From contig JBFXCK010000006.1 in the NCBI GenBank assembly GCA_050182275.1, positions 23,759-87,758 on the forward strand: DNA of 64,000 bases. Reading direction: 5' to 3'. The notes beneath the pieces are model-generated. The model did not search any database, was not told the DNA's origin, and was given only the letters and a program-made list of their open reading frames with translations. Position numbers and translations under genes: made by a program. How positions within the stretch are numbered: position 1 is the stretch's first letter; each line of letters opens with the position of its first letter. Source of the DNA: Dongiaceae bacterium (GTDB lineage Bacteria > Pseudomonadota > Alphaproteobacteria > SHNJ01). Shown here piece after piece: positions 40,529 through 50,838 of the stretch.

Positions 40529-43500
40529 AGTTTTCCTCCTTCTTTGGTTTTGAAAACATTTTGTAAAGCGCGGGCAGAACGATCAGAGTCAGCAGCGTGG
40601 CGGTAATCAGTCCGCCGATCACGACGGTCGCCAGCGGCTTCTGCACTTCGGCTCCCGTGCCTGTCGCCAGTGCCATCGGAACGAAGCCAAGCGAGGCCAC
40701 CAGCGCAGTCATGAGAACCGGGCGCAAGCGGGTTAATGCGCCTTCGACAATAGCTTCCCGCGTTTGCATGCCCTTTTTCACAAGATCGTTAATGTAGGTG
40801 ATCATCACTAGACCGTTCAGCACGGCAATGCCTGAGAGCGCGATGAAGCCTACAGCCGCAGGAATCGAGAACGGCATATCGCGCAAGACCAGTGTAAGGA
40901 TGCCGCCGGAAATCGCCAACGGCACACCGCTGAACACCAGCAAAGCCTGTTTTGCTGATCCCAAGGCCGTAAACAGCATCATGAAAATCAAGAAGAAACA
41001 GGCCGGGACGACGATCATCAGGCGGTTTTGTGCCGCAACCAGGTTTTCAAACTGGCCGCCCCAATCGAGCCACAGGCCGGATGGCAGCTTGGTCTGTTGG
41101 TCAAGTTTCTGCTGTGCCTCCATAACAAAGGATCCAATATCGCGGCCACGGACATTGGCTTGCACCACGACGCGCCGTTTGCCGTTTTCGCGGCTGATCT
41201 GGTTCGGCCCTTCAGAAAGGCGGAACGTCGCCACTTCCTTAAGAGGCACAAAGGCGCCCCTTTCGCCGTCCTCGTGCGGCACAGGGACGGGCAAGTTTTC
41301 AAGCGCTGGGATATCCTGACGCACGGCTTCAGGGAGGCGCACGACAATGGGGAAACGTCTATCTCCCTCGAACACAAGCCCCGCTTCTTTGCCGCCGACC
41401 GCCGACGATACGAGATCAAGGATATCGCCGATATTCAGGCCATAACGTGCAATCGCGTCCTTGTTTAGATCAATATCCAGCATCGGAAGGCCTGTGGTTT
41501 GTTCGACCTTCACATCGGCGGCTCCTTCCACGCTTCGGAGAACGCTGGCGATTTTGTTCGCGGTTTCGGTCATGGTCTTAAAATCATCGCCATAGACCTT
41601 GACCGCCACGTCGCTGCGGACACCAGAAATCAGTTCGTTAAAGCGCATCTGGATCGGCTGCGTGTATTCATAGTTATTTCCTGGAACCTGCCCGACTGCT
41701 TTGGCCAGCTTCTCAAGAAAATCCGCTTTGGTCATAGACTGATCCGGCCATTCATCATGAGGTTTCAGAATGATAAAAGTATCGGATACGTTCGGCGGCA
41801 TGGGATCGGCGGCCATTTCCGCAGTTCCCGTCTTGGAGTAGACGAAGGCTACCTCCGGCAAGGCGCTGACGGCTTTCTCGACCTGTAACTGCATCGCTGT
41901 TGATTCCGAAATGCCGGTGCTGGGAATTCGCATGGCGTGCATGGCGATGTCTTTTTCATCCAAGGATGGGATGAATTCTTGTCCTAGGCGGCTGGCGACG
42001 AGTAGGGAAAAGATGAAGAATATCACCGCCGCAAGGACAACCACTTTTGGCCTGTTTAAAGACCAATTCAGCATCGGGGCATAACCTGACTTTGCTTTGG
42101 AAATAATCCGGCTTTCTTTTTCCTCCACCCTACCTGTGATGCACATGGCAATCATGGCGGGGACGAATGTGATGGAGAGAACAAAGGCGGCAATCAGAGC
42201 GATAATGACCGTCATGGCCATCGGCTCGAACATCTTGCCTTCGACGCCAGAGAAGGTCAGGAGCGGCAGATAGACCGTAATGATGATCGCTTGGCCGAAC
42301 ACAGCGGGCTGCACCATTTGACGGCTGGCTTCCAGCACTTCCTCCATGCGTTCTTTTAGAGACAGCAAGCGACCTTCGTGGTGCTGACGCTCTGCAAGGC
42401 GGCGTAAACAGTTTTCCGTCACGATTACTGCCCCATCCACGATCAATCCGAAGTCCAGCGCTCCTAGGCTCATCAAATTCGCGCTGATACCCGCTTTCAA
42501 CATTCCGGTTGCGGTCATCATCATGGTGATGGGGATGACCAGAGCCGTAATCAGCGCGGCGCGGATATTGCCGAGCAGCAGGAACAGGATCACAACAACC
42601 AGCAATGCGCCTTCACCAAGGTTTTTCTGCACCGTATGGATGGTGGCGTTGACGAGCTTCGTTCGGTTCAAAACCGTCTTTGCTTTAACACCTTCCGGTA
42701 GAGATTTATTTATCTCGGCAAGGCGCATATCGACAGCGTTAGAAACAATCCGGCTATTCTCGCCTTTGAGCATCATCGCTGTTCCGACCACGACCTCATG
42801 GCCGTTTTCGCTGGCGCTGCCAGTGCGAAGTTCCTTACCAAGCTCAACGCTCGCCACATCCTTCACATAAATTGGTATGCCGCCGCGCGTTTTTAGAACC
42901 ACATTGGCAATCTGGCCGATTGTCTCCAGTCTTCCATCGGCGCGGACAACATAAGACTCACCTTTTTGCTCCAGAAAACCGGCGCCTGTGCTGGCGTTAT
43001 TACGTTCAAGGGCTTCGATTACGTCCGAAAACGTCAAACCTAGAGCCGCCAGTTTCTGTGGATCGGGCTGGACATGATATTGCTGGGCGTATCCGCCTAT
43101 CGCATCAACCTCTGCCACTCCTTGCACGGTTTTCAGCTGCGGCCTGATGATCCAGTCTTGCACCGTGCGGAGATACATGGCTTTTTCGAATGGCGTTTTC
43201 AGCACGCGCCCTTCCGGCGTGGTATAGTCCGCATCAGGGTTTTCGCACTCGACAGTCCACATATAAATTTCGCCAAGGCCCGTGGAGATCGCGCCCATGC
43301 GCGGCTCTGCGCCTTCAGGCAAGGCTTCCTTGGCCTCTGTCAGGCGCTCGTTCACTTGAGCGCGGGCGAAGTAAATATCTACGTTGTCTTTGAAAATAAC
43401 GGTGACTTGCGCGAATCCATTGCGTGAAATCGAGCGTGTATAAGATAGCCCTGGAATTCCCGCCATCGCCGTTTCAATCGGATATGTGACTTGCTTTTCA

Positions 43501-43682
43501 ACCTCAAAGGGCGAAAGTGACGGCACTTCGACGTTGATGGCGACCTGATTGTTTGTAATGTCAGGAACGGCATCGATGGGCAATTTGCTAAGTGAATATA
43601 TCCCGTAGGACGCCATCACTGCCGTGATCATCACGATCAGGAGCCGATGGATAATCGAAAAGCTCAGTATTTTTTCTATCAT
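40515..43682 (-). CDS. czcA: Heavy-metal RND pump CzcA
   Basis: IDAVPDITN, ANLMSLGALDFGLIVDGAV, RLRPVLMTA. Confidence 0.95.
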   Translation of the reverse strand: MIEKILSFSIIHRLLIVMITAVMASYGIYSLSKLPIDAVPDITNNQVAINVEVPSLSPFEVEKQVTYPIETAMAGIPGLSYTRSISRNGFAQVTVIFKDNVDIYFARAQVNERLTEAKEALPEGAEPRMGAISTGLGEIYMWTVECENPDADYTTPEGRVLKTPFEKAMYLRTVQDWIIRPQLKTVQGVAEVDAIGGYAQQYHVQPDPQKLAALGLTFSDVIEALERNNASTGAGFLEQKGESYVVRADGRLETIGQIANVVLKTRGGIPIYVKDVASVELGKELRTGSASENGHEVVVGTAMMLKGENSRIVSNAVDMRLAEINKSLPEGVKAKTVLNRTKLVNATIHTVQKNLGEGALLVVVILFLLLGNIRAALITALVIPITMMMTATGMLKAGISANLMSLGALDFGLIVDGAVIVTENCLRRLAERQHHEGRLLSLKERMEEVLEASRQMVQPAVFGQAIIITVYLPLLTFSGVEGKMFEPMAMTVIIALIAAFVLSITFVPAMIAMCITGRVEEKESRIISKAKSGYAPMLNWSLNRPKVVVLAAVIFFIFSLLVASRLGQEFIPSLDEKDIAMHAMRIPSTGISESTAMQLQVEKAVSALPEVAFVYSKTGTAEMAADPMPPNVSDTFIILKPHDEWPDQSMTKADFLEKLAKAVGQVPGNNYEYTQPIQMRFNELISGVRSDVAVKVYGDDFKTMTETANKIASVLRSVEGAADVKVEQTTGLPMLDIDLNKDAIARYGLNIGDILDLVSSAVGGKEAGLVFEGDRRFPIVVRLPEAVRQDIPALENLPVPVPHEDGERGAFVPLKEVATFRLSEGPNQISRENGKRRVVVQANVRGRDIGSFVMEAQQKLDQQTKLPSGLWLDWGGQFENLVAAQNRLMIVVPACFFLIFMMLFTALGSAKQALLVFSGVPLAISGGILTLVLRDMPFSIPAAVGFIALSGIAVLNGLVMITYINDLVKKGMQTREAIVEGALTRLRPVLMTALVASLGFVPMALATGTGAEVQKPLATVVIGGLITATLLTLIVLPALYKMFSKPKKEENYETV

Positions 43683-43695
43683 CGTTTAAACTTTC

Positions 43696-44964
43696 TTAGT
43701 GTTCATGTTCCGCTTCAGCTTTGCCAAGCTCTGCCTTGAGCGTGAAAGTGTTGGAGATTGCAACAGGCTCGCCAAAACTCACGCCGGAGAGGATTTCAAC
43801 ATGACGGCTGTCCTCGCGCCCCGTGGTGACATCGCGCTTTTCAAACCCTTGCGCCGTTCGAACAAAAACTGCAGGTTTCCCGTTCATGGATTGCACCGCC
43901 TCTTTCGGCAAGATCAGGTCTGTTTCCTGTGCGGAGGTCGCAATCGCGGCGTTGGCAAACTCACCGGGACGCCATTTGCCTTCAGCGTTATCGAGTTCAA
44001 TAATCGCCTTGGCCGCGCGGGTTTCCGGATCGATGGCGGGGCTAACAAAAATCAATTTGCCTTCGGCTTTGCCGCCGCTGCCCACCACGTTGGTCATCAA
44101 GCCTTCTTTGACAAATGGCAAATCGCCAGGAGCGATGGCGATTTCCACCCATACGACGCTCAAATCGGCCACCGTGAAGGCCGAATGCGTGGTATCGACG
44201 TATTCGCCAAGTGTCAGTTCGCGGGCAATCACGCGCCCTGGCAGCGGAGAGCGCAATTCATGAAAGCGCGAATTTCCGTTGCTGGAAATTTCGCCATTCT
44301 GCCCTAAAGCCTGTAGTTTCTGCTTGGAAAGATCGAGCTTGATCTTGGCTTCTTGATGGGCATTTTTGGCAGTTAAATAATCCTGTTCCGCCGTAATCTT
44401 TTTATCCCACAGGCCTTTTTCACGATTGAACGTGGTGCGAGCAAGTTCCTCAGCGCGCTTGGCGGCGAGGTAATCGGCCACGGCTTCGGCCATTTCACGG
44501 CTCTCGATAAGGGCCAGTACTTCGCCTTTTTCAACCGTATCGCCTAAGTTTTTTCTGGCTTCCGTTACCGTGCCGCCAACTTTAGGAACGATCTGCGCCA
44601 TGCGGTCAGCAGCGGCAACAACTTTGCCAGGCACGGACACTTCCCGCGCCAGTTGACCTGGGCCAACAGCGGCGACTTTAATGCCCGCCGCGGCGATCTG
44701 TTCGGCGTTTAAAGGAATGACGCCTTCAGCATGCTCGCCTTTTTCTTCCCCGCCATGACCATGCCCATCCTCATGACCGTGACCATGCTGTTCTTCCTTG
44801 CCCTCATCATGCTTTTCCTCGCCCTCTTGATGAGCGTGGCTGTCCCCATGGCCTTCAGCTGCTTGGGTTGGCGAGACAGCATAATTCCATCCGATGACCC
44901 CGCCCGAAAGCGCAAGGATGGCCACGCCCGCCAAAAGCAAGTTTTTAATTTTTGGTTTGTTCAT
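43696..44964 (-). CDS. czcB: Membrane fusion protein CzcB
   Basis: His-rich linker, V.KGEVLA.IES, GKWRPG, LKAELGK..A.H.H. Confidence 0.92.
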   Translation of the reverse strand: MNKPKIKNLLLAGVAILALSGGVIGWNYAVSPTQAAEGHGDSHAHQEGEEKHDEGKEEQHGHGHEDGHGHGGEEKGEHAEGVIPLNAEQIAAAGIKVAAVGPGQLAREVSVPGKVVAAADRMAQIVPKVGGTVTEARKNLGDTVEKGEVLALIESREMAEAVADYLAAKRAEELARTTFNREKGLWDKKITAEQDYLTAKNAHQEAKIKLDLSKQKLQALGQNGEISSNGNSRFHELRSPLPGRVIARELTLGEYVDTTHSAFTVADLSVVWVEIAIAPGDLPFVKEGLMTNVVGSGGKAEGKLIFVSPAIDPETRAAKAIIELDNAEGKWRPGEFANAAIATSAQETDLILPKEAVQSMNGKPAVFVRTAQGFEKRDVTTGREDSRHVEILSGVSFGEPVAISNTFTLKAELGKAEAEHEH

Positions 44965-46333
44965 TTTTCTGTTCCTTTGTAGCTGTATTCTCTCTGTGTG
45001 CATGGGCTTGAGCATCGTCGTGCGTCGCGGCGATTCTTTCGAGTGCAGCGCGTTGCCGGTGATAATCGAGCGATACTTCATTAAGCTGCTTGCGCGCCTC
45101 GAATAATGTCCGCTGGGCATCCAAGACTTCGAGATAGTTAAATTTACCAGCGTCATAACCATCTCGCGCGAAACGGAACGCTTCTACTGCGCCCGGCAAC
45201 ACGGAAGATTTCAAAGCAACAGCCTCGCTGTAAGCATTTGAATAATTGCCGTACAACTCGGTTAACGCAGCCTCAAGATTGAGACGTGCGCTTTGCTCAT
45301 CAAGTGCGGCAGCTGTCACGTCATGACCAGCACGCTCAATGCCTGCGCGGTTCATATTGAAAACTGGAATCGGGATGGAAAGTCCAACAATGAAGGCTTG
45401 CGCATTATCTCCCCTGAAATCCCTTACGCCGAAGTTCAAAGTGGGATCAGGGACGGCATTGGCCTTTTCAAGCGACAATCCAGCTTTGGCGCGATCAATG
45501 CTCGCGCGAAGGCTCATTGCGTCTGGTGTTTTTCTGAGACGTTCACGATATTTTTCAACTGGTTCGGGCTGTTGCGGTTCTGGCAAGCTATCGATGCTGG
45601 CCGTAAAGTCTCCGGTATCGCCGCCCATCAGGGATGACAACGCCTGTTTCTTTGCGGCAAGGTTCCTGTAAGCGCGATCAAGAGCAATTTTGCTGGAAGA
45701 TAATTCAATCTCTGCTTTGTTTTTCTGGATATATGGCTCTTTTCCCGCCTGCACCTTGGCGACCACGCTGTCACGCACTTCGGTGGCCAGGTTTTGCTCT
45801 TCTTCTAGAATAGATACTTCCTGCTGGGCTGCGGCAACTTCCGCAAAAGCTATAGTGACATCGCGGATGAGGTTGAGCGTTACCCCATCACTGGTAAAAT
45901 GCGCGCTGTCTTTTTCGGCATCGGCAATGCGTGTGCGGCCACTACGCTTGCCGGGCATTTCAATAAGCTGCGAAACGCCATAAGTCATCTCGGCGTTATC
46001 CAAGCTACGGTAGGCTTGATCTCCGTAAATATTTTCAGCCTCGACCGACAATGAAGGATTGGGCAAAGCTCCCGCAGCCGAACGATTGGCATCTGCAGCG
46101 CTGACGCGGGCGGACGATGCTCCAAGCATAGGGGATTTCTCAACGGCTCTTTTAATTGCTTGATCCAGCGTAAGCGCCGTCTTAGCGATGGGTTGAACAA
46201 TCAGCGCTTCAGCCATCGGCGGGGCTGGCTTCGCTTCCTGAGCATATGCAGGGAGCGCTGGCGGCAAAGAAACCGTCGTCAGCAAAGCAAATATCATGAG
46301 CGGGATATTCATCCCAAATCTAGGGGTAGCCAT
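44945..46333 (-). CDS. czcC: Outer membrane factor CzcC (TolC family)
   Basis: LPNPSL, IPIPVFN.N, YLEVLDAQRTL. Confidence 0.92.
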   Translation of the reverse strand: MATPRFGMNIPLMIFALLTTVSLPPALPAYAQEAKPAPPMAEALIVQPIAKTALTLDQAIKRAVEKSPMLGASSARVSAADANRSAAGALPNPSLSVEAENIYGDQAYRSLDNAEMTYGVSQLIEMPGKRSGRTRIADAEKDSAHFTSDGVTLNLIRDVTIAFAEVAAAQQEVSILEEEQNLATEVRDSVVAKVQAGKEPYIQKNKAEIELSSSKIALDRAYRNLAAKKQALSSLMGGDTGDFTASIDSLPEPQQPEPVEKYRERLRKTPDAMSLRASIDRAKAGLSLEKANAVPDPTLNFGVRDFRGDNAQAFIVGLSIPIPVFNMNRAGIERAGHDVTAAALDEQSARLNLEAALTELYGNYSNAYSEAVALKSSVLPGAVEAFRFARDGYDAGKFNYLEVLDAQRTLFEARKQLNEVSLDYHRQRAALERIAATHDDAQAHAHRENTATKEQKNEQTKN

Positions 46334-46432
46334 GGAAAATCCTTGTTGATTGACATGCGTAATACGGTCGCAATCGCTTTTTTAAAAAGCGGCGTTACAG
46401 AGAATGGGCTTTTCAGCCCAAGCCCTGTTCAA

Positions 46433-46789
46433 TCAAGAAAGGATTCGAGGAGGGCGTTTTAATCCGGATATAAAGTCATCATCCGGATCGGAATTGATAT
46501 TGGTAAAGGCAGTTTTTCTAACTGGAACTTCTACATTAACGCTGAATTGCGTTATGGTGGCGTGGGCCGTACAGCAGTGACCGCAACTAATGCAGGAATG
46601 CTTTGCATCTTTTGAGGTCTGATCTTCTTTGGAGTCATTTTTAAGATGACTCGCGCAATCATTTTGAGCGCCATCTGTTTTCTCAGCGGAGAGACTTTGT
46701 CCACATTTCGGCGAATCAAAAGCGTGAGCAGCGGCTGAAAAGCCGCTGAATCCGATAGCAAAAATCAGCAATAGGATCAAAATTCTCAT
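46433..46789 (-). CDS. CzcI-like Cys/His-rich leader protein
   Basis: Signal peptide AAHA, HSCISCGHCC, C-terminal KRPPR. Confidence 0.8.
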   Translation of the reverse strand: MRILILLLIFAIGFSGFSAAAHAFDSPKCGQSLSAEKTDGAQNDCASHLKNDSKEDQTSKDAKHSCISCGHCCTAHATITQFSVNVEVPVRKTAFTNINSDPDDDFISGLKRPPRILS

Positions 46790-47556
46790 AGTAACTACAT
46801 AGCATACCCAGACTGTGTTAACAATATCTTAGCGAATATTCTTCGTCTTTCTGTCGCGCTGGGGCGATTAAAACGCGTTTCAGCCTAACAGTGCAAACTA
46901 TCGACTATAGTTTCCTTATGCAAATTTAGACGATTGGCTCAGATCACCAGCCGTGAAGATCGCGATCAGGCCGGCTCCTTCCTCAATGCCTCCCCTTAGA
47001 AATTTTAAGAAGGCCACCTTCACAGGAGGGAGGACGCAACATCCGAATCCAAATCAATCATGAAAACAAAATCCGGCCTTGAGCAATCATGAGCGATTTA
47101 TTGTCACACTGATGTATGCCAGTTGAAATTTTTTTTACGCTGCTGTTTGTGCCAAAAACATACACCTGTATCAAAGCAGTTTAGCAAAACCTTTTTACAT
47201 CAATCGTATCGCCCACGCGTTTTGTACGCGGTCGTTACTTTGCAATCTCTATCAGAGCAAAAACTGCCTTCTTGTGCGCTTCACGCCCATTCATACGCTC
47301 GCGCCCATATCGCCGTAATAGCTCTGATAGTCCGTCAGCTGCATAGCGATGAACCGTCCCGGAAAAGGGAAGATGTGAACATTGCTATGAATGAGAACCA
47401 TGCTGAATTACCGATTTGTCTTCAAGCCTTAAACGTGCGCACGCCATTGGGGTGCGGCTTTCGCGCGTCCGGTGTTCACGCATGAACTAAGTTCAGACTG
47501 CGTAGTATCACTCCGCCATTTTTCTTTTTTCCTGGGCCTAATCAAGGAAAAAGAAA

Positions 47557-48129
47557 ATGGCCAACAACCGCTACAGCGGCGTAGATTCCTACGCCGCTTT
47601 TTTTATTGCGTATAAAGCAAAAACCCTCACCCGAATGCCGATTTTTACTTTGGGTGATTATGACGATCTCCAACAGGAATTGATGCTGGCTTATCTGCAT
47701 GCGTGGCCTGGGTTCGATCCAACCAAAGGTGATCGGCGCAGCTTCATCAAAACTGTGGTCAACACGAAAGCGTTGATGCTGGTGCGCGATGCGGAACGGC
47801 AAAAGCGCTGGACAGGCGCGCGGGTCGTGTCTCTGTCCGCGCCGGTGGGCGACGGTGACGATCCGACAACGCTGGCCGATGTCATCGATCATGAAAGCGG
47901 TCTATGGGGCAACGTGTTCCAGCACCATAGCCAAGCCTTTGCCGAGCAGAGGCTCGATATCAGACGCATACTGGCCGTCATGCCGGATGATCTCCGACAG
48001 ACCTATCAGGCATTGTCAGAAAATAGCGTTTCTGAGGCTGCGATCATCCTGGGCATTCCCCGCACCACCATGTCCAGCCGATTGAAAAAATTGAGAAAAT
48101 TCGTGGAGGACTATATGGCGCAAAAATAA
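47557..48129 (+). CDS. Element-encoded sigma-70 family (ECF-like) factor
   Basis: DDLQQEL, FDP.KG...SFI..VV (region 2), C-terminal HTH SVSEAA.ILGIPRTT. Confidence 0.8.
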   Translation: MANNRYSGVDSYAAFFIAYKAKTLTRMPIFTLGDYDDLQQELMLAYLHAWPGFDPTKGDRRSFIKTVVNTKALMLVRDAERQKRWTGARVVSLSAPVGDGDDPTTLADVIDHESGLWGNVFQHHSQAFAEQRLDIRRILAVMPDDLRQTYQALSENSVSEAAIILGIPRTTMSSRLKKLRKFVEDYMAQK

Positions 48130-48139
48130 TCTGCTGCCG

Positions 48140-48169
48140 CATCGTCGTTTTCGAAGCGAACGGCATACC
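48140..48169 (+). promoter_or_regulatory. Bipartite motif A, copy 2
   Basis: CATCGTCGTTTT-N8-ACGGCATACC. Confidence 0.7.
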
Positions 48170-48205
48170 AGCCCTGTGTGACCACATCACACGAAAGGAA
48201 AAGGT

Positions 48206-48421
48206 ATGAATCAGGCACAAAACGGCGATATGGCCATGTTCAAGTGGGTGCAGCGCGCGCCCGTTGGTCAGCTAAAAGCTCTGACAGACGAACGTCTGCA
48301 GGAAATTCGGGAAGCACTGGTCAAGGAAGTCCGGGAGGTTGGCCGCGCCCTGCAATGGGTAGACGGCATTATCAAGCTGAAAGCCATCGAGCGCGACAAG
48401 GCTGCCCCAGAGAAAGAGTAA
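48206..48421 (+). CDS. Hypothetical phage protein
   Basis: AAGG RBS, helical 71 aa. Confidence 0.6.
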   Translation: MNQAQNGDMAMFKWVQRAPVGQLKALTDERLQEIREALVKEVREVGRALQWVDGIIKLKAIERDKAAPEKE

Positions 48422-48425
48422 TGCG

Positions 48426-50561
48426 GTGACACCGGATAAAGGGACACCGCCAAAGATCATTCCCCTGAAGCCGCTCTCGGCATCGGAATTGCGCCCGCGC
48501 GTGCTGAACGCATTGCCTGACATTCTCCGATACCTTCTTCCCGCTGGCATTATTCGTGGTCGAAAATTCATGGTCGGCGATATCGGCGGCAACAAGGGCG
48601 ACAGTCTGGTTGTCGAGCTGCATGGTGAGAAAGCCGGACTCTGGCATGATTTTGCCACCGGCGCTGGAGGTGACGTTTTCGATCTATGGGGCGCGGTCAA
48701 AGGCCTCGATCGGCAATCGCAGTTCCCGGCGCTGCTGCAGGATATTCAAAGCCATCTTGGCGCTGGTCTGCCGCCCGCGCCGCGTGCATCTCCGCGATCC
48801 GCTCCGGTCAGCAGGAAACTCGGCAACCCTACCGCAAAGTGGGATTACACAGATAGTGCCGGCCAGATCATCGCCTCCGTTTATCGCTACGATCTACCGG
48901 ACGGCTCCAAGGAATTCAGGCCGTGGGATGCCGTGCGCGGGGTGATGAAAGCGCCAGATGTTCGCCCGCTTTATAACCAGCCCGGCCTGAAAAACGCCGA
49001 GATGGTCGTCCTGGTCGAAGGCGAGAAATGTGCCGAGGCGCTTTTATCGGTGGGCGTGTGCGCGACCACGGCCATGAATGGAGCAAAAGCGCCGGTGGCT
49101 AAAACAGACTGGTCGCCTTTGCAAGGAAAAAGAGTGATCATCTGGCCGGATCACGACGATCCAGGCTTGGATTACGCGCGCAACGCTGCCAGTGCGGCCG
49201 CCCGCGCTGGTGCTGTCCATGTGCATATCCTGAAGATCCCGCTCGAAAAACCGCAAGCGTGGGATGCCGCTGACGCGGTGGCCGAAGGATTGGACATTCC
49301 CGCCATTCTCAGAAATTGGGAGCGTCTTGTGGCCAAGGATACGCCGCCACCGCGCAAAACTCTGCCGCTTTACAGTATCGCGGAGCTGCAGCAGGACAAC
49401 ACGCCCATTCCTGATGATCTGATTTCCCCGCGCATCTTAACTCCCGGTGGCCTGCTGGTGTTCGGTGGTGCGCCGAAGGTCGGTAAAAGCGATTTCCTGA
49501 TTGCGCTTCTGGCGCACATGGCGGGCGGTGCGCCATTTCTCGGCATGAGCTGCAAGCGTCCCTTGCGCGTGTTTTATCTGCAGGCCGAGGTTCAATACCA
49601 CTATCTGCGCGAGCGTGTGCAACGGTTGGCTTTCACAGAGGCCGCCACGCTGTTCCTGAATTCCAATTTCGTTGTCACGCCGCAAATTTCCATCACGCTG
49701 AATGAGGCCGGTATTGAAACGGTGGTGGATGCCGTCCGTCAGCGTTTTTCCGATGCGCCGCCCGACATCATTGCCATCGATCCCCTGCGCAATGTTTTCG
49801 ACGGCGGCGGGCTTGGCGGCGAAAATGATAATGACGCGATGATGTTCTTTCTGGCGCAGCGCCTTGAGGAGTTGCGTCGCCGCATCAACCCGAATGCTGG
49901 AATCATCCTGGCGCATCATACCCGAAAGCTGTTCAAGAAAGCGGCGGAAGAAGACCCGTTTCAGGCATTAAGCGGCGCTGGGGCGCTGCGTTCCTATTAC
50001 ACCTCCGGCATCATGCTCCACCGGCCAGACGAGAAGCGGCCAGAACGGCTTTTGCTTTTTGAATTGCGCAACGGCCCGGAACTTCCACCCAAGATGATCG
50101 TCCGTGCCGCGCAGGGTTGGGAAGAAACCGAAAACTATGTCGGGCGTCTGGCTTTCAAGGAACAGGGCGAGCGCCAGGATGCCGAACGCCTGCGCAAAAC
50201 CGACACCATCATTCGCCTGATTTACGAACAGGCGCTGACGGGGCAAATATTCACCGCCAATCAATTCGCCGAAACATTCGAGAATAAAGATGGGCTGGGC
50301 AGCAGCCGCACAATCCGCGAGCGCCTCAGCGTGCTTGCCACCAAAGGCCATGTGAAGTTTTTCAAGAACGCCGATGTGTATGGGCTGCCGCTTCTGGCGC
50401 GCAGTCGCCAAGGTTATCTCTGCGTCGACGGCATGATGTTGAACACGGGCCGCATGATCGTGCCGACGCATTACAAGGATTCGCAATCCGGCGAAATTTT
50501 GCCCGTGGTTTACACGCCGAGCCTTCCGTTCTCCGCCGCTGATGACGGGGAGGAATCGTGA
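48426..50561 (+). CDS. Primase (TOPRIM)-helicase (RecA/AAA_25) fusion
   Basis: W.DFATG.GGD, VEGEKCA, WPDHD..G, GAPKVGKS, IDPLRN, HHTRK. Confidence 0.9.
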   Translation: MTPDKGTPPKIIPLKPLSASELRPRVLNALPDILRYLLPAGIIRGRKFMVGDIGGNKGDSLVVELHGEKAGLWHDFATGAGGDVFDLWGAVKGLDRQSQFPALLQDIQSHLGAGLPPAPRASPRSAPVSRKLGNPTAKWDYTDSAGQIIASVYRYDLPDGSKEFRPWDAVRGVMKAPDVRPLYNQPGLKNAEMVVLVEGEKCAEALLSVGVCATTAMNGAKAPVAKTDWSPLQGKRVIIWPDHDDPGLDYARNAASAAARAGAVHVHILKIPLEKPQAWDAADAVAEGLDIPAILRNWERLVAKDTPPPRKTLPLYSIAELQQDNTPIPDDLISPRILTPGGLLVFGGAPKVGKSDFLIALLAHMAGGAPFLGMSCKRPLRVFYLQAEVQYHYLRERVQRLAFTEAATLFLNSNFVVTPQISITLNEAGIETVVDAVRQRFSDAPPDIIAIDPLRNVFDGGGLGGENDNDAMMFFLAQRLEELRRRINPNAGIILAHHTRKLFKKAAEEDPFQALSGAGALRSYYTSGIMLHRPDEKRPERLLLFELRNGPELPPKMIVRAAQGWEETENYVGRLAFKEQGERQDAERLRKTDTIIRLIYEQALTGQIFTANQFAETFENKDGLGSSRTIRERLSVLATKGHVKFFKNADVYGLPLLARSRQGYLCVDGMMLNTGRMIVPTHYKDSQSGEILPVVYTPSLPFSAADDGEES

Positions 50562-50571
50562 TGCATATTTT

Positions 50572-50742
50572 TGCCGACTGCCGACTGACTGCCGACACTT
50601 TGCCGACTGAATCCCGCGCAATACCGCAAAGCATGGCGATTTCCGTTCAAAATCCAGTCGGCATCTTCCGACTCAATTTGCCAACTCACCAACTGAAAAT
50701 AAGCAAGCGATTCCAACGCATTCCGTCAGTCGGCAGTCGGCA
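50572..50742. repeat. Iteron cluster, candidate replication origin
   Basis: TGCCGAC at 50572, 50579, 50590, 50601; GTCGGCA at 50657, 50729, 50736. Confidence 0.75.
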
Positions 50743-50838
50743 AACATCCCGTTACTCCTACGGAGTAACGCTGGCGCCGCCTGACATGGCGGCGGCCAGC
50801 GTCGTACCTAACCCGTCAACCGAAAAAAGGACAGCCGC

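Noticed and set aside
44965-45162. Extended czcB start overlapping czcC
   Set aside because: The signal-anchor begins at Met 44964, which has an AAGGA RBS
47123-47485. 120-aa ORF upstream of the sigma gene
   Set aside because: TTG start, no RBS or recognisable motif, atypical composition
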